This document shows, piece after piece, positions 52,645 through 64,000 of a DNA stretch of 64,000 bases. The stretch lies in contig JASVEC010000022.1 in NCBI GenBank assembly GCA_030770535.1, positions 372,001-436,000 on the forward strand. Reading direction: 5' to 3'. Positions within the stretch are counted from its first letter, which is position 1. Each line of letters begins with the position of its first letter. The notes under the pieces are model-generated. The model worked only from the letters and a program-made list of their open reading frames with translations, did no database searches and was not told where the DNA came from. Source of the stretch: Batkoa obscura. Taxonomy: Eukaryota. Both the position numbers and the translations under genes were made by a program.

Positions 52645-53247
52645 TTTGAGGTATGGTTTAGCCTTATTTATGAAGTTTACTTATATATTAAATAAATTAG
52701 AGCTATTTTGATTAAAGGTTTATAATATAAAGTTGTCTTTTTGAATATTTTTGTAGTTAGTTTGTAAATATGATATTTTATTCAAAATTTAACCACTCCT
52801 TTTGCAAGCAAATTTCTCCATTTTATAAAAATTATAATTCTTGGAATAATTATTGGAGAATATATCTTCATTTAAAATATTAGCTAAATTCCTCATCACG
52901 ACATAGTACTTACATTGAGTCATATAATAAATCACATAAAACTATCATGTATCGGTTTAATTTAAAAGATTTTAAATTTCCTTATCTACTGACATAAATA
53001 TTTAGCCCAAAATACTGCTTACCTAAATCATAAGTTTTAATGTTAATTTCCGACACAATTAAATTCACCCACATTATCCAGGAGATATTTAAGCCTATTC
53101 ATTACCAAAAAGGGTAAAACTTGGCCAAACCAATGGGGCAAGGATTTGAGCCACGTAATAAAGGGTGAAAAGACCTTTACATGAAAAATAATGCAAAGAT
53201 AAAATTTTATTGTTCTTAACGTTTAACTCAATTTAAAAAAGATAGTA

Positions 53248-56200
53248 ATGGAATCGCCTGAAGATAATGAAACAATAATAGTCTCTAAAGATAATCAAAA
53301 TGATAAAGTAAATGGACGCAAATCGGAAAGTAGCTCAAAGAAAAGTATTATTAATGAAAGTGTTGTAAACGAAAGCATCAGTCGAAAAACGAGTAACAGT
53401 AGTACTTATAAAATAGCAGCTCCAAAGTCGTCCCATTTTTTTCTAGTGAGTTGCTATCAACAGCTGTTAGAATCAAAATCAATGAAAAGATTTCCAGACA
53501 TTAAGGATGATGTGACTCGAGCTTATGGTAATCAAAGCTTAATTGTATTAAATGATAAAACTAATAGAAATAGATTTGGTTAAAGTAGACAATTTTACGA
53601 AAGAAAGAGCGTAAATATTATATTTTTATTTAAGGAATTGGCTTATTAAAATTTAGTATGAACCCACACAACATTGATTTAATCTTATCCCCGCTGATTC
53701 AATGTTGCAACAGTGGTTCTCAAACATTATCTATAATAGCTTTAGATGGTATCAGCAAATTGATATCCTATGAATATCTAAGTAATGACTTACTACCAGG
53801 AGACAGTGATAAAAAGAAACGTAGCCCAATAGAAAAAGCTGTATTGGCCGTGTGCAGCTGCTTTGTAGGCGAAACAACGAATGAAAAGATACAAACACAA
53901 GTGATCAAGGTAATTTTTTTTTCGACATTCAGCTAATTTTATCTTACAAATAAAAAGTGTTTGATGTCAGCAGTAAGTTCAACCGAGGTGCCTTTACATC
54001 AAGAAGCGCTGTTGAATGCTATACGTACTTTATACAATATCTTTTTGTTATCCCATGATATCAATAACCAAACAATCGCACAAGGAACTCTGTTACAAAT
54101 GTCTAGATCCATCTTTTCTAGAATTGATTTTAGTGAGAAAAGCAAAGAAGGTGATACCCTAAAGAATTTGCCCAAGCCGCCAAGATCTAATAGTGAGGTG
54201 CTAGATGAGCTGACCTACGATGACGATGAGGACGATAATAAAAGAGAAAGCTCGGGTAATTGAAATTTAATATTAAGACTACTAGATACTCATAATTTTA
54301 GATTATAAACTATCTGAAAGAGAGAAGTTAAGCTTGGAGGCCATCGGAGGGTAAATGTTATTCATTATTTTTTTATGGTGATTTTTTATATTGAATTATT
54401 TAGTAAAGCAGCAGAAGCAGCAGCGAATGCTCAAGTACAAGGGAATATTGATGACAGTGTCAGTGATTTAAACGTTTTGGATGCTTTCTTATTGTTCAGA
54501 GCTCTATGTAAATTAAGTATTAAGCCTTTTCAATCGGACGGGTAACTATTAATCCAGTTTACATATTAATTTATTACAATTTTGAATCATAGCTCCTCTG
54601 ATCATAGATGTATGTCCTTAAGATCTAAACTACTATCTTTATATTTAATATTGGTGATATTACATGAATATTCTGATGTTTTTCTTAAAGCCACTGTGTT
54701 TTTCCTTAATCCAGGAAACTCTGATACCCCTCGAAAAATCCGTGAAGAAATCTTTTTGAAAGCGGTTAAGCCCTATTTTTGCTTATGTTTAAGTCGTAAC
54801 TTGGTTTCTGATTTACCCAAAGTCTATGAGTTGACAATGGCTATTTTTGAGTTAGTCATTACAAAATTAAGGAAACAGATGAAGGTAAGAAAAGATTTTA
54901 ATAAAGTGACAGCGTTTAAATTTAAATTATTAGCGTGAAGTAGAAGTATTACTAAAGGAGATTATTGTACCCATCTTAGAAATGAAATCGCATGGAAGCC
55001 AACACCAAAAGCATATCTTAATATCAATATTTCTACGAAGAGTATGTAGTGATCCCCAAATTTTGGTCGAAATTTATTTAAACTATGATTGTGACCAACT
55101 GTCATTAAAAAACAACATCTTTGAGAGTATTGTTGGAGCTTTATCAAGACTAACAACGATTCCAAGGGGTAGCCAAGACTTTGATGAAGCTGGCAGCTTT
55201 TTATGGGATGAACCCGAGTCTTATTATATCAATACCCAAAGTGTTAATAAAATGGATCTGATCAATTTGCCACCACTTACTTCTGATAGATTTTCAGGTT
55301 ATTTTACGGCTCACTCGTTCTTTAATCGAGCACTATTTTCAGACTTTATACTGCAGCATAAATCCATGGATTGTTTGGTTAACATTTTAAAATCCTTAGT
55401 ACAGTGGTCCAACCGTGGGTTAAATTTATCAGAAGAAGAGATTGAGGGTGGGGGAATAGTAGCCAACGGAAAGTGTAAAAGTCCAGATAGCAATACTTTA
55501 AACAATGATACATTATCTGAATCAGAAACTACTACTTTATCGGGACAAGAAAAAGATATTGTGGGTACTTTGGATGATCCAAGCCAGTTTGAAAGAATTA
55601 AAAATGAAAAACAAGTTTTGCAAAAATGCGTAGATCTTTTCAATCGTAAACCAAAGAAAGGGATCGAAAGCTTGGTTTCAAACGGAATCATTGCGTCAAA
55701 CAATCCAAATGAGATAGCCATCTTTCTTTTACAAAGCAGTGATTTAGATAAAGACATGATTGGGGAATACTTAGGCGAAGTTGACAATGTGGCCATCATG
55801 CATTACTTTGTTGATCAATTGGATTTCACTGGTTTAGAATTTGTTGCCGCCTTAAGGAAATATTTAAAAACATTTAGACTACCTGGAGAAGCACAGAAAA
55901 TCGATAGATTTATGCTAAAATTTTCCGAACGTTATGTGAGTCAAAACCCTGGTGTGTTTCATAATGCGGATACTTCTTACGTTTTGGCTTATTCTGTCAT
56001 CATGTTGAATACTGATTTACATAACCCCCAAGTTAAGAGAAGGATGAGTAAAGAGGAGTTTTTAAAGAACAATCGTGGTATCGATGATGGGAAAGATATA
56101 CCAGAAAATATTTTACTTGGTATCTATGACCAAATATCTAAAAACGAAATCATGCTTAAAGATACTGAACAAGAAGAGGTGGAAACCCAAACTACTTTCA

Positions 56201-59200
56201 ACCCTTTGTCAGCAGCTTCATTAGCCTCTCAGTTTGATATTTTAGGTGCTAAAAAGAAGTTGCAAAAGTCAACAAGCACAGCATCCTCGATTAGGATGCA
56301 AACCAATGCAGAGGTAACTTAATGATAAACTTAGTTTAATTTTGTTAATAGCAAATTTAGAAATACTTGAAGAAAATGTTAAGTAGAAAATCATATAGAG
56401 AAGATATGGGTGGTATGGCTATCTTTTATAGTGCCTCTCATTTTGAGCACGTCAGGCCCATGTTTGAAGTGTCGTGGATGGCCTTTTTAGCTGCTTTAAG
56501 TGCACCTTTAAAGGAAAGTGATGATGAAGAAACAATCAATATGTGTTTGGAGGGGTTCAGCTATGCAATCCATGTGGCCGGCTTCTTTGATTTGGAACTA
56601 GCACGTAGCGCACTAGTTACTACTCTTAGTAACTTTTCATTCCTAAGCGATATTTCCGAAATGAAAAGTAAAAACATAATGGCTGTTAAAGCAATCTTGG
56701 ATATCGCTGTTATGGATGGTAATTATTTAAAGAAGGCTTGGGGCGATGTGCTGCAGGTAGTGAATCATCTAGTTCGCTTGCAGCTTGTTCCTAACTTTTC
56801 GGCAACGACAAATGGACGTGATCGATCCTTAGTGGCTCACAGAGACTCTCAATCTAGACCTTACAGCAATATCGCCTTGCTTGAAGGCAACTCACAAGCA
56901 ATGTTAATTTCTGTAGATAAAGTATTTGCTTCTACTGTATACCTTAATGGTCCAGCAATCGTTGATTTCATGAAAGCGCTGTGTGATATTTCATGGAAGG
57001 AATTAAAGTCGATCCCTAACTCATTTGATCCATCCAAAACCAAAACATCACCTAAAATGTTTTCAATACAAAAGTTGGTGGAAGTAGCGTATTATAATAT
57101 GTCTCGTATCAAGTTAGAATGGAAAGAGATTTGGGAAGTTCTAGAACCTCTATTTAACCAGGTAATTTTTTGAGTTTTTAATTTTTATTCTTTGATAGTA
57201 ATCAATTTTAGGTTGGGTCACATAGACATGATGTGGTAGCTTCGTTTGCTATTGACTCTTTACGCCAACTATCTATGAAATTCCTTGAAAAGAGAGAGCT
57301 TCCTTACTTTCAATTTCAAAAAGTCTTTTTACAACCTTTTGTGCATATCATTAAAAACAACCCCTCTCTAAATATTAAAGACATGGTAATTTATAATACT
57401 AAGTATGTATATAAACTAAGTTTTTTTTAGGTGCTTCAATGTATTAACCAAATGATTAAGGCTCATAAACCTAATCTAAATTCTGGATGGATTACCATTT
57501 TAAAGGTCCTTTCTATGGCCAGTCATGATCGTGCAGGTAATTTTATCAGAATCAACACAGCTTCTTATTAATGATGTAATTTTTTAGAGCCTTTAATAAC
57601 ACAGGCGTTTGATATGACTCAAGCTATTCTATTTACTTCATTTGAAGATGTCATATGTCAGCCGGAGATCTTTGCCAATTACTTACATTGTCTTACCCAG
57701 TTCTCAAAAAATTCTGGGTATGAAAACATTGGGTATAATACTTATCAAATTCCTCAAACTTATTCATTAAAATTTCACTTAGATTAAGCGCAGTAGAAAC
57801 ATTAAAAGAATGCTGTGATCGAATGATTGAATATATGGAAAATCAAGATAAATCAAATCTTGTTTTGTTCAAGTGCCTATATAATGAAAGCGTTTTTGCT
57901 GAAGTACAGGAAAAGTTTCCACAATTGAACCATTGGATTCCTATCTTTCATTATCTAATGTGCATCATTACTGAAGTATTAGATCTAAAGATAAGAACAA
58001 GGTACTTTTGTTTTAAACATTAAAATAAGTGACTAATTTTAACAGAGCATTAAATTTATTGTTCTCGTATCTACATGAGTTTGGAGGTGATTTCCCAGAT
58101 GGCTTTTGGCACATTATTTTAGATTCTGTCATCTTTCCGATCTTTTCGAATCTCGGTATGGTGGATCATAACATAAGCATTAAATTTACAAGCAAAGAAG
58201 ACTGCTATATTTGGGTTTCTACAACGCTTGCTCAAGCTCTAAAGAAATTCATTGATCTGTTTACTGAATATTATGATAAAGTGTTCAAGTTTTTAAATGG
58301 ACTATTAGATTTGTTGTCCTTATGTTTATGCCAAGGTAAGATTATATATTGAGCTATTTCCCTTAGTTACTTAAAATCAAATAGCGAACCGAGGATTAGT
58401 AGAAATTGGTAGTGAATGTCTAATCCTATTGGTCGAAAAGAACGCAGACCGATTGCAAACAGAAGACTGGGAACGATTAATTTGTATTGTCTTAAGATTG
58501 TTTCAAGCTTCCAGTAGAGTACCGAAAGATGTAAAAAATTCGGCTTCGCTTACCATAGCTGATCGATCAAAGACTAGTAATTTATTATTAATGAACTATA
58601 TTACAAAGTCTTATAAAAGTTTAGATAACGTCCTTGAAAAGATGCAAATGCTTGAGAGTGTTTCACCTTTGCCTCTAATCCCTTCAACTCCAACGCAACA
58701 GCTGAATTTATCACTGAATATGATATTGGTGGTTGAAGACGCCTTTTTACAAAACGATATTGTATTTCAAAAACTACAAACGGATCATATTTTTGCTATC
58801 TTAGATATCATTGAACGAAGTTATTTAGAATCAAAAGAATTGAATGCTTCTTTTGACCTCAAAGGAGCGATTGAAAGACAAGGTATTTTATTTAAAAAGT
58901 CAAAGATCAAAGACTAATTCTTTTAGCTACCTCTAAACTACAAAGATTTGCGCTTACCTCACTTTCTCTCGAGCTTAATTCGCTCGTTTGTTTGGCCAAG
59001 GTATTACTAAAAATGTATACATCTGAGAAAGAGGCGTATATAGCTTATAAAAAGGATATTGAAGAGAGGCTGATACCGTAAGCTTACTTCATTATTTAAA
59101 GCATTTGTTTTTTATACATATAAATAGATTATGTAAAGACACCTTTACTCAATTCAATGAATTAAGCGAATATCCCTTAATCCCAGGGCTCAATGAAATC

Positions 59201-59470
59201 TTTGACTTATGGCATCAAGTCGTGCTAAGAATAGGCAACTTTTTGTGTGTGGCCGATGGACAAGATGTATTTTTATTTTTTATTTTATTTTTTCTTCCAA
59301 TTAACCAACTTTTATAGTTTATTACAATCTTTTCGCCCTCCTCAGCACAAATTTTATTAACTTTAAAGCATCGTCACCTTACTCATGATATCCAATCTAT
59401 GCTGTTTAACATTATGCAAAGAGTGGATCAACTCTTTATTCATAACAAGTTAGACTCTTCAAAAAATTAA
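53248..59470 (+). CDS. SEC7: Large ARF guanine-nucleotide exchange factor Sec7/BIG, multi-exon
   Basis: [28 protein letters not shown] (HUS box), [63 protein letters not shown]; stop TAA 59468-59470. Confidence 0.95.
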
Positions 59471-59756
59471 TATTTTAATTTATTAAATTTTATACGAAAA
59501 ATCTTTCTCTTAATGGCTTTTATTTTTAGTGATAAATTATAGTTCTATAGTTGCGTCTTATTACATTCGATAAAGTTAACTTTAAATAATTTTAACAAAA
59601 ACATGAAAACTCAAAAAAAATATTATTAACACATAACCTCAAAAGTTTTATTATTCACTATGTTCCTTTTTTTTGATATCAAGTTTTATGTAATGATAAT
59701 CGTTTTTATAAAGTTCGACACTCCATCATCTAGCATTTTTAACACTTCATGTATCA

Positions 59757-62251
59757 TTAGGGATTAAAGCTCCCTGCCGCCAAAATAAGATTACGAGGGG
59801 TACATTTAAGATGAAGAATGCTAGTCCTCTTAGTTTTAAATACTTTAATGGGATGACTTGGTTTGCTAGTAGTATCTGCGATTGCAGGTTGAGAGAGTGG
59901 AGGCACTGGATTATTGGTAGGTACTTGTACATCCCAAATTCGAATCTTGTAATCATTCCCTCCTGAGATAAGGGACTCATCAGAATACGAAAAGGTAAGG
60001 CTGTACGTTGTACCTAACTCTTGGGGATCCTCAAAGGTATGTGTTAAACGTCCAGTAAGAATATCCCAAACTAATATATAACCATCGGAGCCAGCAGTGG
60101 CCAAGAGCTTACCATTGTTGCTTATAGCTATACGATCAATACTTGAGGTATGACCGGTGAATACACGTACGCAGGAGCCAGTAGAGATATCCCAAAGTCT
60201 GGCTGTTTTATCTGTAGAACCAGTTGCAACGTATCTGCCATTTGGATGGAATTTGACACACTAAAACTTATTAACTATTATTACTTTTTGTTACTTATAG
60301 TATTACATCAACGTCGGATATATGGCCAGTAAAAATACGGAGTGGGGAGGTATGTTCAGTACTCCAAAGCCTAGCAGTACGATCGTGAGAAGCGGTAACA
60401 AAGTAAGTACCATTAGGACTGAAATCGACATCCCAGATTGGATAATTGTGACCACGATAACATGCAAGGCATATGAAGGTTAATGTATTCCATAACCTCA
60501 CTAAACAATTAAAATTTAAGTTTTTGCATGGTATATAAATTACCAGTTCCATCTTCGGAACAAGAAATTAAATATCTTGAGCAGGGACTAAAGCTTATAC
60601 CATAAACTGGGCCAGAATGACCAATCAACAACTTAAATTCGCTGCCACTTTTTTCTCTGTTTATATCCAAGCTTGATTCTAATCATGAAATAAATTACTC
60701 ATTTAATGTCATTTCAATATAAATACCTTCATTAACCATGGTAGCATTAAAGGTTGCTTTTAGATTACGAAGTTTTTCACCTTTTAAGGACCAAAGTTTA
60801 ATATAAGAATCGTGCATAGCAGTTGCCATAAAATGAAGGTTATTTGAAATTGTAATATTATTAGCTCTAAACAGTTAAGAAATATACATATTTAATTAAG
60901 AAATGAATTACCCTTCGTTAGAGTTATGTAAAGTATAAAAGCAAATAGAAGCGGTAACTTTACCGTCATCCACTATTTTGGCTTGCTTGGTGATATCTTT
61001 GATTTCTTGGATTGTTCTTAATACATCCACTCCCTTACTAAAGAAAATATTATTAAAAGTTTTAATGGTTAATTCTTATGATTACGCTGGTGGCAATGGA
61101 AACTCATCACGGCTATAGCCATCATTAAATCTTTTGGTTGATATCTCGCGATATTGTTCCAATAAAGATGGAAAAGGCGAAGCATCAGATTTACTCTGTT
61201 AAAAAAATTAAAAAAATCTCAAATAAATAGATAAAAATACCAATTTTCTTTTTTTTAGATTGTCTTCATCTTTTAAAAGTTGTTCTACATCATTCTTGAA
61301 CTCTTGAGTAGGGGCAGGTAGCCCAAGGCTCAATTTCTTTCCATTATATGCCCCTAATTGTATATTGGTATGTCCTGTTAAGCCAATAATAGGGTCGGCC
61401 AATTCTCCATTACCAGGTATAGCAGCGATTGCTTTGAAAATGATTAATTTATAATAAAGAAATATTGTTATTTACTGATTATGCTTAAATAATCGTTAAT
61501 CAACCTCAAAATAGTAATCATTTCATTCTCTTGTATATAAGCGATTAAAAGATCAAAGCCAACTTTTGATATTCTTAAACCATACTTGTTTTCCCTATAT
61601 AACTTTGCTAAAGTGCTTTCTTTAACCTGCTCTGGGGTTTTGATACTGATTAATGCCTTTAGATCATCAGAGTGGAAAGGTTGGTGCTCCTCATTATTTT
61701 GGTTATAAAAATTAAATGCTATTTTTTAAAAATCATAGAAATAAACTAATTTTATAAATTTACCTTTTTCATAGTAACTTTTTGATACCAAATCCAAGTA
61801 GCTATGAATAAATAAAGGGTAAAGAAAAGCATTAAGTTCAGGCTAAGAGAAATTAGAAAAATTTGTGAAAATGAAATTCAGCTACCTTGTATAATTCCAA
61901 TGATTCTTGAATCCAACTTCTTAATCCTTTATAATTTGAAAAATAAGCGTCAGGGTCAAACTTTAATCCATTATTAGCATAAAAGTCAGCGACTGAAGAT
62001 CCGCTTCCATTTATTTTAGGCCTACCGCTTTCTATTCCACTTTCCTCTCTGAATGTTTGTAATGTTGAGTTATACCCCCTAGCCCTAAGAAACTCAAAGA
62101 TGATCTTTTCTAAGCTTTGTGCTTGTGTCAAAGGCTGCGCCTGAACCTGAATTTTACCGTTTGTTTCCCCACCGGAGTTTGTGCCATCCAGCTTATTGCT
62201 TTCTCTACTTGAGGCGTTATTAACCATATTCGTTTGGTTATTCGGCTCCAT
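59757..62251 (-). CDS. TAF5: TFIID/SAGA subunit Taf5 (LisH, NTD2, WD40), multi-exon
   Basis: IIFEFLRARGY, LRSWIQESLELYK/PELNAFLYPLFIHSYLDLV, ICFYTLHN, LIGHSGPVYG, YRGHNYPIWDVDFSP, TASHDRTARLWS, TPRNLILAAG. Confidence 0.93.
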
Positions 62252-63467
62252 CTTAATTCAAAAAATATTTTAAAAAGCCCCAGGCTAGTAAAAGAGATGT
62301 TTGACCTAGATGAGTAAATAAATGAACGCTAATTGGCTGCTTTTTGATTGGGAGAAGATTTAACTATTTGATTTAATACTGCTACATGGTAGATTTTGAA
62401 ATAATAGTATACAATACTATTATTTATAAAACACTATTTTCAATAAATAGAAAGATAAAGCGATTGATTATGAAGTAATTTGAGCATTTTTGTAGAGTGT
62501 TAATATTATTTAGCTTTGCCTGGAGGCTTTCAAGATAGTAGTTTTTTTGAAAATATCAATTTACAGTGGCACTTGTATTGCATAATAAGGGATGAGAGAA
62601 CAAAATAATTAATGAGGCAGTTAGAGTATGTGTAACTAAAATAGTGAATTTTTAAAAACCATCACTGATAGCGAACACATGATTGACTCTTTGATTGCTA
62701 TCTTTTATGTTCAAGTAAACAGGCAATCAACATAACCAAAATTATATACTAAGTTGAAAAATTAGCTACAAAAAATTTATCAAAAAAGTAAAAAAACAGC
62801 TTTTAAACGTGAAAAGCTAAGGCATTAAATTATTTACATGTTAAAGATTAAGATTAAGATTAAAACTTTATTAGTATTGTTATTATATTAAGGCACAGTA
62901 GTTTTAGATAGACGTGATCCTATCTTCACTCTTTTTTGGTATCTTTGCTATGATTATGTTGCTTTATTGTAATTATTTTGTATTAATATTTATTAATATA
63001 ATAGTTTTTTTAAAAACGATGATTCTAATTAAAAATTGGAGGGTTATTGTCTACAACAGTCAATATTTCTTATGACTTAAATATTTTTACAAATCTTCCT
63101 TACTGTAGCAACTCTATACTCTTAAAACAATTTTGAAGTTCCTAAAAAATAAGGGAGTTATGAGAAGCCCTGTTATGAAACTTTATGCTATTTTACGTAT
63201 CCTGGTTTTATTAAATACTTCCTTAATCTTTTATACAATTTTGAAAAACCACCAGCTTGAACTTTTTGTCTAAACAAAACAAATTTGAATGCTATTATTT
63301 TTAGATTGTGGATTTCCTGCCCAAAAAGCAGCCCACTCTGATTAATTCACTGAAATTAATTTATACTTTTTAAGAATAAAAATCAACAAGATCAACTTGA
63401 CAAAAATAAAGTGCAGCATGCTCAAAACTTATATAACTAAAAAAGAAGCTTTATTGTTCAACTAAAA

Positions 63468-64000
63468 ATGAAGGGACTATTTTCATCTACCTTATTAATA
63501 GCTGGTCTATTAGGACTCTTACCAACTGCTTATTGCGTCAAGTATAAGAATATCATAGCATTTGGAGACGGCTTTTCAGATTTTGGGAACTATTTTGAAA
63601 ATAATGGTCGCCAAGATCCAGACCCAAAATTTTATTTTAAAGGTAGAACTTCGAATGGACCATTATGGATTGAATATTTAACTAAAGCTTTGGGAAGTCC
63701 AAAGTTGAAGTCATTTGCTTATCACTTAGCTACATGTAATGGAAAAGGTAGCTTTATGCAAATTTTTTTTTTATATTAATATCTTTTCAGGAAGCTACGT
63801 TAATAAAGCACCTGGAGCTAACAGTCAAGTAAACGTACTGTTTAAAAAATATTACGAAGAAAATAAGGAAAGATTGGATAAAGAAAAGAACGATTCATTA
63901 TTATGCTATACTTTTACTGGGTCAGAATATTTTTTAGATGACATAGGTGCAGAAGAAGTGGTAAAGGAACTGGAGACCCATTTAAAAGAAGCTCTTAGAC
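63468..64000 (+). CDS. Secreted GDSL/SGNH-hydrolase-like protein, 3' end outside window
   Basis: Signal peptide, IIAFGDGFSDFGN, GRTSNGPLWIEYL; intron ~63747-63790. Confidence 0.8.

Overview
Very AT-rich eukaryotic (fungal-type) genomic DNA with short GT-AG introns. The gene content and composition suggest an early-diverging fungus such as a Conidiobolus-like species, but this is inference. The core genes are a TMEM115/DUF1751-like gene, a PPR protein, NAM9, an RraA-like gene, a KH protein, an importin-13-like gene, CDT1, thiolase ERG10, LCB1, ATP23, a dynactin-p22-like gene, SEC7 and TAF5. They flank and interleave with an accessory zone at about 21-53 kb. That zone holds three paralogs of an unrecognised ~372-aa secreted Cys-rich protein (two intact, one pseudogene) that form a mosaic of 100%-identical blocks and short hypervariable patches. 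It also holds a decayed 2.7-kb Sola-like DDD transposon with TIRs and a 4-bp TSD, most of the ~8 copies of a ~100-bp MITE family with matching ends, two S1 proteases (one broken by a single TGG->TGA), a beta-lactamase-family hydrolase, two paralogous 7TM receptors, and siderophore-transporter and kelch pseudogenes. A ~146-bp micro-inversion bounded by TTTAAA palindromes splits one MITE. Product calls come from motif recognition only; no database search was run.
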